DNA from: an uncultured Chloroflexia bacterium
Lineage (GTDB): Bacteria > Chloroflexota > Limnocylindria > Limnocylindrales > CSP1-4
DNA length: 64,000 nucleotides
Direction of reading: 5' to 3'
Assembly: GCA_963749705.1 (NCBI GenBank)
Contig: CAVVNQ010000011.1
Location: forward strand, 1 to 64,000
In this document: piece by piece, positions 53,916 to 62,997 of the stretch
Layout: each line of letters starts with the position of its first letter
How positions within the stretch are numbered: the stretch's first letter is position 1
Notes under the pieces: model-generated
Database searches by the model: none
The model's input: the letters and a program-made list of their open reading frames with translations, nothing else
Told to the model about the DNA's origin: nothing
Translations under genes and position numbers: made by a program

Positions 53916-56164
53916 CAGCGTCGTCCGGCGACGGGTCCCGCTGACAGCGCGTCCGGGAAGTTCATTCCGGTCGCGATGAACGCGACCGGCACCCCGGGAT
54001 CGAACGCGGCGGCGCTGATCACCGCGCTCGTGCCGTACCGATCGGAGCCCGCCAGCCGCGTCACGGGTGCGTACGTCGAGAGCCGCGACGCGACCGCATC
54101 CGACACCACCCCGGCGCCCCCGAGGATGAAGACCCGGCCCGGTCTGAGCCGGGCGATCTCGGTGGCGACGACGTCCGGGAGCGCGTCCCTCGCCGCGAGC
54201 AGGATCGGACCGCCAAGCGCGGTCGGGCCGGCCGACAGCGCGTCGGGGAAGTCGCGGCCCGTCGCGATGTACACGGCGTCGACGCCGGGCGAGAAGGCCG
54301 ACGCGCTGATCCTGGCGCTGGTCGCGTACCGGTCCGGTCCGGCGATGCGGGTGACCGGCGCATAGGTGGCAAGCGAGGCCTCGACCCCGGCCGACACGAC
54401 CGACGGGCCACCCAGGACCACGATCCGAGTGGGCGCGAGTCGCCGCAGCTCCGTTGCGATGACGGCGGGAACGGCATTCTGCCGGACGAGCAGGATCGGC
54501 CCGCCGGCGGCCGACGCCGCCGGACCGGCGGAGAGCGCATCCGGGAAGTCGCCGCCCGTGGCGATGAACACGACGGGAACGCCGGGCGCGAAGGTGGCAG
54601 CGCTGATCGCCGCGCTCGTCGCGTAGCGGTCGGAACCTGCGATCCGGGACGCGGGCGCAAACGCGGCGAGCTGGGCGCGAACCGCGTCCGACACCACGCC
54701 GGAGCCACCCAGGATCACGATCCTCCCCGGTTGCAGCCGCGCGAGCTCGGCCGCGACCGCAGTCGGGATGGCATTCCCGCCAACGAGCAGGATCGGTCCA
54801 TCCTCAGCGTCCGGTGTCGGGGTGGGCGTCGGCGTCGGGGTCGGCGTGGGCGCAGGACTCGGTGTGGGCGTGGGCGTCGGGGGCGGCGTTGGCGCAGGAC
54901 TCGGGGTGGGCGTCGGGGTCGGGGGCGGCGTGGGCGCAGGTTTCGGCGTCGGCGTGGGCGCCGGGGCGAATGTCGCTGCAACCGCCGCCGCGGCATCCAC
55001 GCGGCCCCAGCCGAAGCTGTCGTCGCGACCGGCGGCGCCGAGATCCACCGCCGTGGTGAGCAGCGCGGCATCGACCTGGTCGACCGTCTCATCCGGGTGC
55101 GCCGAGCGAACCAGCGCCGCCACCGCCGCGACGTGCGGCGTCGACATGCTCGTCCCGCTCATCCGGCCGTAGCCACCCGAGCTGAGCGTCGACAGGATCG
55201 ATACGCCGGGGGCCGCGATGTCCACGTACTGGTTGTGGACGCTGAACGACGCCTGTGCATCGCTGTTGTCGGTCGCCGCTACGCACAGCACGTGGTTGAA
55301 CGCACACGGGTAGCCGACGGTGCTGTCCCCCGTGTTGCCCGCGGCCGCCACCAGGGTGATCCCGGCCGCGAAGGCCGCATCGAACGTCGGTTGCAGCATC
55401 GCCGCGGACGAGGAGCTCATCGTTCCCGAGAGGCTCATGCTGATCACCTTCGCTCCGTGCGTCCGGGCATCGTCGATGCCATCGAGCAGCCAGCTGAACC
55501 AGCCCTGGCCGTTCAGGTCGAGGACCTTGACCGGCATCACGGTCACCCCGGGAGCGATCCCGGCGATCCCCTTCCCGTTGTCGGTGGCGGCGGCGATCTC
55601 CCCGATGACGTGCGTGCCATGGCCGTTGTCGTCGGCGGCATCCGAGGTTCCGTCGATCTCGTTCCACGGGCTCGTGACGTGGACAGCGGCGAGATCCTGG
55701 TGCGCCGCGTACATCCCGGTGTCGAGCACCGCCACGGTGACGCCCGCCCCGGTCGTCGTGGTCCAGGCCTCGGGCACGCCCATCAGCCGGAGATCCGCCT
55801 GGGACGGGCTGTAGTAGGGATCGTTGGGCGCTGCGTCCGCCGGCCATCCGGTGCCGGCAATCTCGACGTCGGGCACCACGGCCTCGACTCGTGGGTCAGA
55901 TCGCAGCCGCGCCGCCACCGTCGCAGACGCCGCGGGCGTCGTATCCACGACCGTCCGCCGGGGGTTCGCCGACCGATGGGTCTGCCCGGCCCCGGCGATC
56001 GCAGGGCCCGCGGGCGCGTCCGTCTTCCACAGCACGATGAGGCGGTGGGCGCCGGCCGCATCGGCTGCCACGGCGTGCGTGATCGGTCCGACGGACATCG
56101 AGAACGCGCTCACGACGAGCGCGACGACGAGCGTTGCGCCTGAGCGCGCGCGGACCGACTGCAA
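53915..56164 (-). CDS. Secreted S8 subtilase with Pro/Thr linker and cell wall binding repeat 2 (CWB2) motifs
   Basis: VAVLDTG, HGTHV, AAAGN, SGTSMSTP; RIAGSDRYATS, FPDALSA, PILL; start uncertain (TTG 56164). Confidence 0.9.
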   Translation of the reverse strand: MQSVRARSGATLVVALVVSAFSMSVGPITHAVAADAAGAHRLIVLWKTDAPAGPAIAGAGQTHRSANPRRTVVDTTPAASATVAARLRSDPRVEAVVPDVEIAGTGWPADAAPNDPYYSPSQADLRLMGVPEAWTTTTGAGVTVAVLDTGMYAAHQDLAAVHVTSPWNEIDGTSDAADDNGHGTHVIGEIAAATDNGKGIAGIAPGVTVMPVKVLDLNGQGWFSWLLDGIDDARTHGAKVISMSLSGTMSSSSAAMLQPTFDAAFAAGITLVAAAGNTGDSTVGYPCAFNHVLCVAATDNSDAQASFSVHNQYVDIAAPGVSILSTLSSGGYGRMSGTSMSTPHVAAVAALVRSAHPDETVDQVDAALLTTAVDLGAAGRDDSFGWGRVDAAAAVAATFAPAPTPTPKPAPTPPPTPTPTPSPAPTPPPTPTPTPSPAPTPTPTPTPTPTPDAEDGPILLVGGNAIPTAVAAELARLQPGRIVILGGSGVVSDAVRAQLAAFAPASRIAGSDRYATSAAISAATFAPGVPVVFIATGGDFPDALSAGPAASAAGGPILLVRQNAVPAVIATELRRLAPTRIVVLGGPSVVSAGVEASLATYAPVTRIAGPDRYATSARISASAFSPGVDAVYIATGRDFPDALSAGPTALGGPILLAARDALPDVVATEIARLRPGRVFILGGAGVVSDAVASRLSTYAPVTRLAGSDRYGTSAVISAAAFDPGVPVAFIATGMNFPDALSAGPVAGRR
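54813..54965 (-). repeat. Pro/Thr linker tandem repeats
   Basis: PAPTPPPTPTPTPS units. Confidence 0.85.
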
Positions 56165-56400
56165 TCTGGCCTCGATGTCCCCGTCGTTCGTTCGGCGGCA
56201 TTGAACCGGTGCCGCCCTCCCGGACATCGGGCGCCGCGGTCCGATGCCACGGTCCCACGACGGGTGCTCGGAGGCGGGGGCTCGATGGTCCCTTCGCCCG
56301 ACGTGTTGGTACTCCCGCGACACCACCGTGTCCGTCCGGTCGTGCGCCGTTCGTTGTGAGGTGAGAGGCTGGACTGGCCAGCCGTCACGAGGAGCACCAC

Positions 56401-56763
56401 ATGCCGCGCTACATGCTGTCCATCCACACGGTCGATGACGAGCCCGGACCGCCGATGAGCGACGAACAGATGCAGCACTCCTGGCGGGACATCCAGGCCA
56501 TCGAGGCCGACATGCAGTCGAGCGGTACCTGGGTGTTCTCCGGTCGCCTCCACGCTGCGGAGACGGCCACGGTCGTGCGCGAGTCCGGCGGCGAGCTCCT
56601 GACGACGGACGGCCCGTTCGTCGAGTCCAAGGAGCACCTGGGCGGGTTCTACATCATCGAATCCGCAGATCTCGACGCGGCGCTCGGCTGGGCCGCACGC
56701 GTCATGCGCGCAACCTCGAGGCCGATCGAGGTCTGGCCGTTCGCGGACACGGCGGGCGGCTGA
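56401..56763 (+). CDS. YciI/DGPF family protein
   Basis: TDGPFVESKEHLGGFYII, IEVWP. Confidence 0.92.
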   Translation: MPRYMLSIHTVDDEPGPPMSDEQMQHSWRDIQAIEADMQSSGTWVFSGRLHAAETATVVRESGGELLTTDGPFVESKEHLGGFYIIESADLDAALGWAARVMRATSRPIEVWPFADTAGG

Positions 56764-57173
56764 CCGCTTGCCACGGCGGGCGGCCGACCGCCGGGCGTCG
56801 TCGTGGACGGGCTGGTGAGCGGGCGCCTCCGGAAGGTGTCTGAACCGGCGCAGGGCGCGGCTCCCGGGCGGCCGGCATCGACGCATCTCGCCGGCTGACG
56901 ATCGGCGGCTCGCGGAAGTCGGCCGATCGTGCGATGATCATACGAGGCGCAGCCGGGCAGAGGACGCGTAAGGAAGCGTTGCCGGGCGGCACGGAACGGA
57001 TGCCCGCGATATCGCGGGCCGGCCGGTTGACCGCCACTGGCGCCCGATCACACGACGTGTGACCCATCTACAAGCGCCCGCCCTGCGCCGAGCCGCGAGA
57101 CCCGCCACGTCCCGCACCGCTCCACCGGGCATGCGAACCATCCATGGCGCCGCGGCGCCACCCGGGAGTCACC

Positions 57174-58334
57174 TTGACCTTCACCAACCTCGGCCTGTCG
57201 GCCAACCTCCTCGCCACCGTCGCGCGGGAGGGATACACCGAAGCCACCCCTGTCCAGGCGCAGGCCATCCCCCTCGTCCTCGCCGGCCGCGACGTGCTCG
57301 CAGCCGCCCAGACGGGCACCGGCAAGACGGCGGCCTTCACGCTGCCGATCCTCGAGCGCCTTGCAAAGCACGCGAGCTCCAGCCCCAGCCCCGCCCGCCA
57401 CCCGGTGCGGGCGCTCGTCCTCACCCCGACCCGCGAGCTCGCGATGCAGATCGACGAGAGCGTGCGGACGCTGGGCAAGGGCACCAACCTGCGGTCGACC
57501 GTCGTCTACGGCGGCGTCCAGCAGGGTCCCCAGGTCAAGGCCCTGTGGGCCGGCGTCGAGATCCTGGTCGCGACGCCGGGACGGCTGTTCGACCTGATCG
57601 GCCAGAAGGCCGTCAACCTCACCCAGGTCGAGGTGCTCGTCCTCGACGAAGCCGACCGGATGCTCGACATGGGCTTCATCGACGACGTCCGAAAGGCCGT
57701 CGCCCTGCTGCCGCGCGCGCGCCAGACGCTGCTGTTCTCGGCGACGTTCTCGGACGCGATCCGCAAGCTCGCCCGCGAGTTCCAGACGAACCCGGAGATC
57801 GTGCAGGTTGCCCCGCGCAACGCCACCGCCGACAACCTGACCCAGGTCCTCTACCCCGTCGATGCCGAGCGCAAGGCGGACCTGCTGCTCCACCTGGTGC
57901 GCCGGGACGGGATCGAGCAGGTGCTCGTGTTCACGCGCACCAAGATCGGTGCCACCCGCCTGGCGTCGTATCTCGACCGCCGGGGCGTTGCCGCGATCGC
58001 CATCCACTCGGATCGGACCCAGGGCGAGCGGACCCGTGCCCTTGCGGCGTTCAAGGCCGGTGAGGTGGTCGCGCTCGTCGCGACCGACGTGGCCTCGCGC
58101 GGGCTCGACATCGACACCCTCCCGCACGTCGTCAACTTCGACCTGCCGTTCGAGCCGCAGGACTACATCCACCGCATCGGCCGCACGGGCCGGGCAGGCG
58201 CCTCGGGCACCGCGATCTCGCTGGTGTCCCCGGGCGAGGTCGACGCGCTGCGCGGCATCCAGCGCCTGCTCAAGCGGGCCATCCCGTGCGAGGTCGTCGA
58301 GGCGTTCCTGCCGGCCGGAGCGTCCGCCGCGTAG
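57174..58334 (+). CDS. DEAD-box RNA helicase (RhlE-like)
   Basis: AQTGTGKT, PTRELA, TPGRL, DEADRMLDMGF, SAT, HRIGRTGRAG; TTG start after GGGAG. Confidence 0.93.
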   Translation: MTFTNLGLSANLLATVAREGYTEATPVQAQAIPLVLAGRDVLAAAQTGTGKTAAFTLPILERLAKHASSSPSPARHPVRALVLTPTRELAMQIDESVRTLGKGTNLRSTVVYGGVQQGPQVKALWAGVEILVATPGRLFDLIGQKAVNLTQVEVLVLDEADRMLDMGFIDDVRKAVALLPRARQTLLFSATFSDAIRKLAREFQTNPEIVQVAPRNATADNLTQVLYPVDAERKADLLLHLVRRDGIEQVLVFTRTKIGATRLASYLDRRGVAAIAIHSDRTQGERTRALAAFKAGEVVALVATDVASRGLDIDTLPHVVNFDLPFEPQDYIHRIGRTGRAGASGTAISLVSPGEVDALRGIQRLLKRAIPCEVVEAFLPAGASAA

Positions 58335-58392
58335 GTTCGCTGCTGCGTGGCCCTGCCGTCCGGCGGCGGCCGGGCATACCGGCACCGGCTCG

Positions 58393-58936
58393 TCAGCCCG
58401 GGGCGCCGCCGAGCGACTTGACCATCACCTGGATCTCGAGATCCGCCCCCTGGCGAAGCGGATGCCGCCCGCCGGTGTCCACGTAGCCGAGACGTTCGTA
58501 CAGCGCGATCGCCCGCGTGTTGGTCGTCGTGACGCCAAGCCCGATCTGCGAATAGCCGGCCCCGCGCGCCCAGTCCTCGACCAGCGCGACGATCTCCGCC
58601 GAGACCCCAGAGCCGCGCAATGGCTGGATCGACCCACATCGCGTACAGGCCCGCCGCGCCATCGCCGTCCGGCGCCGGGCCCCCGGACGCCAGCCCCACC
58701 AGGCGACCCGCGAGCTCCGCGACGACGATGCCGCGATCCGCTCGCGACGCCCAATCCCTCCACGCATCGTCGTCTCGCGCCACCTCCTCGGCAAGCGTGG
58801 AGCCGAACGCATCCGGAGCATCGGCCAGCGCCCGCAGCCGGATGGCGCGCAACGCCGCCCACTCATCGGGCCTCAGGCGTCGGACGATGACCCTGTCGTC
58901 AGCCGACGGAATGCCCCCGGACGTCGCTGCGGTCAT
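58393..58936 (-). pseudogene. GNAT acetyltransferase with apparent frameshift near 58621
   Basis: RLRALADAPDAFGST...MWVDPA continues as LRGSGVS...NTRAIALYERLGY in another frame; may be a sequencing error. Confidence 0.75.
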
Positions 58937-58972
58937 CTACGAAGCCCCAGACGCGATCCACCCCGGGGGCGC

Positions 58973-61900
58973 TCACGCCCCCGCATCAGCCAGGGATGCG
59001 GCGGGCACCCCGGCCTCCATGCGCTGCGCGAAGGACCTCGCAGCCGCAAGCGACACGATGTTGCCCTTGCGCTCGAACCGATCGGCCGCGAGCTCGGCCG
59101 TCGCGGACGCGTCGGACCGCCGGCCGCACAGCCAGTAGACCTCGGCAAGGCTCATCAGGGCGTTCCCCTGTGACTCGATGTCGTCCGACTCGCTGATCAG
59201 CCGCACGCTCTCGGTCGCCAGCGCCACGGCGTCCTCGAGCTCGCCCCGCCTGGCCAGGACCTTGGCCCGAACGTGGCGCCACAGGAACTGTGTCGACACG
59301 TCGTCGAGTGCCGCGCTCTCCTGGCTGAACGTCGTCATGGCCAGCGCTTCGTCGTAGCGACCCTGCCGGTACAGCGCCTCGGACAGCGACGCCGACGTCG
59401 TCGAGATGTACATCCGCTCGCCCATCGCGTTCAACGTCTCGTAGTCCCCGCGGAGCTCGCGCTCGGCGGCCACCGGATCCCCGGCGATCATCTCCACCCA
59501 CCCGGAATCGAGCGACGTGAGGGCGGCCAGGAGCCTGACGCCGAGCTCCTCGAGCGTCGCCCGGCTGCGCCCGTACAGGTCCCGGGCCCGGTCCGCGTGG
59601 CCCCGCATGGCCTCGAGGTGGGCGAGCACTGCCAGGATCAGGGACTCTGACTTCCGGTCACCCTCCGCCTGGACGAGCAGCTGCTCGCAGCGCTCGATCG
59701 CCAGGGGGACGGGCGTCTGTCCCAGCAGCGCGCACATGGCCAGCGAGGACCGCGAGCGGGTCTCGATCAGCCGATCCTCGGCGATGCGGGCGTGCTCGAT
59801 CGCCTTCTCTGCGGCTTCCTCCGCGAACACGTATCGCCCGATCCCGCCGCCGAGCACGGTCATCAGGCGCCAGGCGCGAGCCAGTCCTTCGTGGCTCCCG
59901 GTCGCCTCGAGGGTAGGCAGCAGGCCCCGGACCTTGGAGATGACGTCAGCCTCCCCGTCACCGGACCCAGCCTGGTAGAACTGGAGCTGCATCTGCATGA
60001 TCGCCGCGGTCGTCTCCATCGCGGCGTCCTCCAGGGCGGCTGCACCCGCCTTTGACGCGACGAGCAATTCGTCCGCCGCGGCGAAGTCTCCGACCTCCAT
60101 GAGGGCCTCGCCCGCATCCCGCAACAACCGCGGCCGCGTCGGGTGGTCGTCGGGCACGAGCCCGGCGGCTCGCCGCAGGAGGTTGGCTGCTGCCGGCATG
60201 TCGCCACGCGCCATCGCCCGTCGGCCCGCGGAGGCGAGGCGGCGCGACGCATCGATGCCAACGGCCACGCCGTGCTCGTCCAGCGGCCCGAGCTCGCCCC
60301 GGTACCGGTACGCCTGCTCCAGGTGCCAGCCCAGGATCTCCTCGAACTCAGTGGAACGGCCCGCCTCGGCGTTGACCCGATCCGCCCAGACGGCGAACCG
60401 CTCGTGGAAGATCGCCCGCGATCGCTTGAGCAGCCCCTGGTACGCGGCATCCTTGATGAGGATGTGCTGGAAGCGGTAGCTCGGATCCGTGGCCGAAGCC
60501 GCCTCACCCGCCTTGACGAGCTGCTTGGCGGCAAGCGAGGAGAGGTGGGTCATCAGGTCCGGCGTCACATCGTCCGGTGCGAGCTCCCCCACCGCAGCCG
60601 GCGCGAAGCTCAGACCGATCACCGAGGCCGGCTCGACGACCGAGCGCTCCACGGCCGGCAGCTGGTCGAGGCGAGACGCCAGCAGCGCGTGGATCGTGGG
60701 CGGGATCGAGATGTCGGACAGGTCGACCGTGGGCTGCCAGCGATCATCGGCGAACCGGAGCGATCCGTTGTCGATGAGCATCGACAACAGCTGCTCGACG
60801 AACAGCGGGTTCCCCTCCGCCGCGGCGACGACGCGCGCCCGGACGTCCTCCGCGAGGCCGGCCCGGCCGAGCAGGTTCTCCACGACCTGCCCGGCGTCGG
60901 CGTCGGACAGCGGCGCCAGCACGATCCGAGCCTGGTTGTCCGCCCCGGCCCAGTCCGCGTGGCGCTCGAGCAGCTCGTTGCGGGCGGTGCACAGGAGGAG
61001 CACGGACGCATCCCGGCTCGTCTCGGTCAGGTAGCCGATGAGGTCGAGGAAGGTCGCCTCGGCCCAGTGGATGTCATCGATATGCACCACGACCGGGCCG
61101 TCCTGCGCAAGGAGCTCGAAGAACCTCCGGATGCCCCAGAACAGCTCAGACACCGGGAACGGCGTGTCGACGAGCCCGACGGCCGCCGCAACCCGATCCG
61201 CAACGTCCGAGCTGTCCGGGCCGAGCAACGACGCGAGGCGCGTGCGTGCGCTCTCCGGGGGCTCCTCTTCCCGGATGCCCACGGCCTCGCGCACGACCTC
61301 GACGATCGGCCAGAACGTGATGCCGTCCCCGTAGGGCAGGCAGCGCCCGCGGATCACGCGCGCCCGGCCCTCGACCGAGTCGAGGAACTCCCTGGTGAGC
61401 CGGGTCTTGCCCACCCCTGCATCGCCGACGAGCGTGACCATGCGGGCACCTCGTTCACGCACGGAGCTTGCGAGCATGTCCTCGAGCTGGGCCATCTCTC
61501 GCTCACGACCAACCATCGGCGCGTCCTGGCGGCGAGCCACCGCGTCGCCGCTGCGGACCGCGAGCAGCCGATAGGCCGGGACGGGCTGCGCCTTGCCCTT
61601 GAGCGTGAGCGGCTCGACCGCCTCGACGTCGACCGCGTCGCGTACCAGCTGGTGGGTCAGGTCGCCGATCAGGACCTCGCGGACCGGCGCCGCCTGCTCG
61701 AGACGCGCGGCAACGTTCACGGCGTCGCCCGTGACCAGCCGCTGTCCCAGGCTGGCGTCGCCCGCTACGACCTCGCCGGTGTTGACGCCGATCGCCACGT
61801 CCAGCCGGATGCCACGCTCGGTCGCCAGTCGCTCCGCGAGGTCGGTCAGCCCGACCTTCATGTCGAGCGCTGATCGCACGGCCCGGAGGCCATCGTCCTC

Positions 61901-62899
61901 GTGCCGCACGGGCAGCCCGAACACGGCCATCACGGCGTCGCCGATGAACTTCTCGACCGTGCCGCCGTGCTTCTCCAGGACCCGGCGCGACTCCTCGAAG
62001 CCATCGGCCATCACGTCGCGGAGCGTCTCCGGGTCCAGGGGGGCGCCGTCGATCGTGGTCGCCTTGAGGTCCGAGAACACGATCGTGACCGTCTTGCGGC
62101 TCTCCTGCGCCCGCTGCCGGCCGGCGAGCCGGCTGCCGCACGACCCACACCAGGTGAAGTCATCGGGGTTCTCGTCACCGCAGTTCCGGCACACGCGCAA
62201 TTCGGGCCGGTCGGCCGACCCCTGTGCCTGCACCAGGATCGGGGAATCCGTGTTCACGCACAGCAGCCGATACGCAGGGACCGCCGTCGTCGCGCCCTTC
62301 GGCAGGACGGGATCGACGTCTTCCACCTCGACGTCGTTGCCGGCGGCGAGGAGCGTGGATTCGCCGATCAACACCTCGTCGACCGGCGCCGACTGCTCCA
62401 GCTTGTTGGCGAGCTGGACGACGTCGCCGGTCAGGATGTGCTCGCCGACGCTGGCCTCGCCGATCACGGCCTCGCCGGTCGCGATCCCGGTGCGGTTCGT
62501 CAACCGGACCGCCCACGTCCGCTGCAGCTGCTCGTTGAGGGCGGCCAGCGCCCGCTGGCTCTCGGCGGCGGCAGCGAGGGCGCGGAGCGCATCGCCCTCC
62601 CGCGGCAGGGGCAGGCCGAACACGGCCACGATGGCGTCGCCGATGATCTTCTCGATCGTGCCGTCGTACGACTCGAACACGGCGCGCATCTCGTCGAAGT
62701 AGAGGGTCAGGACCTCCCGCAGCGACTCCGGGTCCAACCGCTCGCCGAGCGCGGTGGAACCCTTGAGATCCGAGGTGACGATCGTGACCTGCCGCCGGAC
62801 CTCCCGGGGCGGCCGGTCCGGAGCCACCTGCGCCCGGCAGTACCCGCAGACGCGGTAGCGCGGGTCACTGGGCTGACCGCAGTCGGGACAGGGCACCAT
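58973..62899 (-). CDS. Tandem (zinc ribbon + class III cyclase) x2, STAND ATPase and TPR protein
   Basis: CPDC/CGYC, SDLKGST, EKIIGDA; CRNC/CGSC, FSDLK, EKFIGDA, TGDAVNVAARLE; GDAGVGKTRL, IDDIHWA, GNPLF; TPR tail. Confidence 0.92.
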   Translation of the reverse strand: MVPCPDCGQPSDPRYRVCGYCRAQVAPDRPPREVRRQVTIVTSDLKGSTALGERLDPESLREVLTLYFDEMRAVFESYDGTIEKIIGDAIVAVFGLPLPREGDALRALAAAAESQRALAALNEQLQRTWAVRLTNRTGIATGEAVIGEASVGEHILTGDVVQLANKLEQSAPVDEVLIGESTLLAAGNDVEVEDVDPVLPKGATTAVPAYRLLCVNTDSPILVQAQGSADRPELRVCRNCGDENPDDFTWCGSCGSRLAGRQRAQESRKTVTIVFSDLKATTIDGAPLDPETLRDVMADGFEESRRVLEKHGGTVEKFIGDAVMAVFGLPVRHEDDGLRAVRSALDMKVGLTDLAERLATERGIRLDVAIGVNTGEVVAGDASLGQRLVTGDAVNVAARLEQAAPVREVLIGDLTHQLVRDAVDVEAVEPLTLKGKAQPVPAYRLLAVRSGDAVARRQDAPMVGREREMAQLEDMLASSVRERGARMVTLVGDAGVGKTRLTREFLDSVEGRARVIRGRCLPYGDGITFWPIVEVVREAVGIREEEPPESARTRLASLLGPDSSDVADRVAAAVGLVDTPFPVSELFWGIRRFFELLAQDGPVVVHIDDIHWAEATFLDLIGYLTETSRDASVLLLCTARNELLERHADWAGADNQARIVLAPLSDADAGQVVENLLGRAGLAEDVRARVVAAAEGNPLFVEQLLSMLIDNGSLRFADDRWQPTVDLSDISIPPTIHALLASRLDQLPAVERSVVEPASVIGLSFAPAAVGELAPDDVTPDLMTHLSSLAAKQLVKAGEAASATDPSYRFQHILIKDAAYQGLLKRSRAIFHERFAVWADRVNAEAGRSTEFEEILGWHLEQAYRYRGELGPLDEHGVAVGIDASRRLASAGRRAMARGDMPAAANLLRRAAGLVPDDHPTRPRLLRDAGEALMEVGDFAAADELLVASKAGAAALEDAAMETTAAIMQMQLQFYQAGSGDGEADVISKVRGLLPTLEATGSHEGLARAWRLMTVLGGGIGRYVFAEEAAEKAIEHARIAEDRLIETRSRSSLAMCALLGQTPVPLAIERCEQLLVQAEGDRKSESLILAVLAHLEAMRGHADRARDLYGRSRATLEELGVRLLAALTSLDSGWVEMIAGDPVAAERELRGDYETLNAMGERMYISTTSASLSEALYRQGRYDEALAMTTFSQESAALDDVSTQFLWRHVRAKVLARRGELEDAVALATESVRLISESDDIESQGNALMSLAEVYWLCGRRSDASATAELAADRFERKGNIVSLAAARSFAQRMEAGVPAASLADAGA

Positions 62900-62997
62900 C
62901 GGCGGAGTCTACGGCATGCGCTGCGGCGGCCGGTCTGCGCGAACAGGAGCAGACCCGACCGCCGCAGCGTCGATGTCTCGGCCATGGCCGCCGCGGG

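Noticed and set aside
785-58936. Programmed frameshifting or phase variation at the three indels
   Set aside because: No slippery heptamers or long homopolymers, and the gene families are unrelated; error or recent mutation is simpler
49854-62899. Pycsar/CBASS/Avs-type anti-phage system from cyclase, STAND and cNMP-binding genes
   Set aside because: Genes are 8 kb apart with housekeeping genes between; no TIR, nuclease or TM effector; architectures fit signalling proteins
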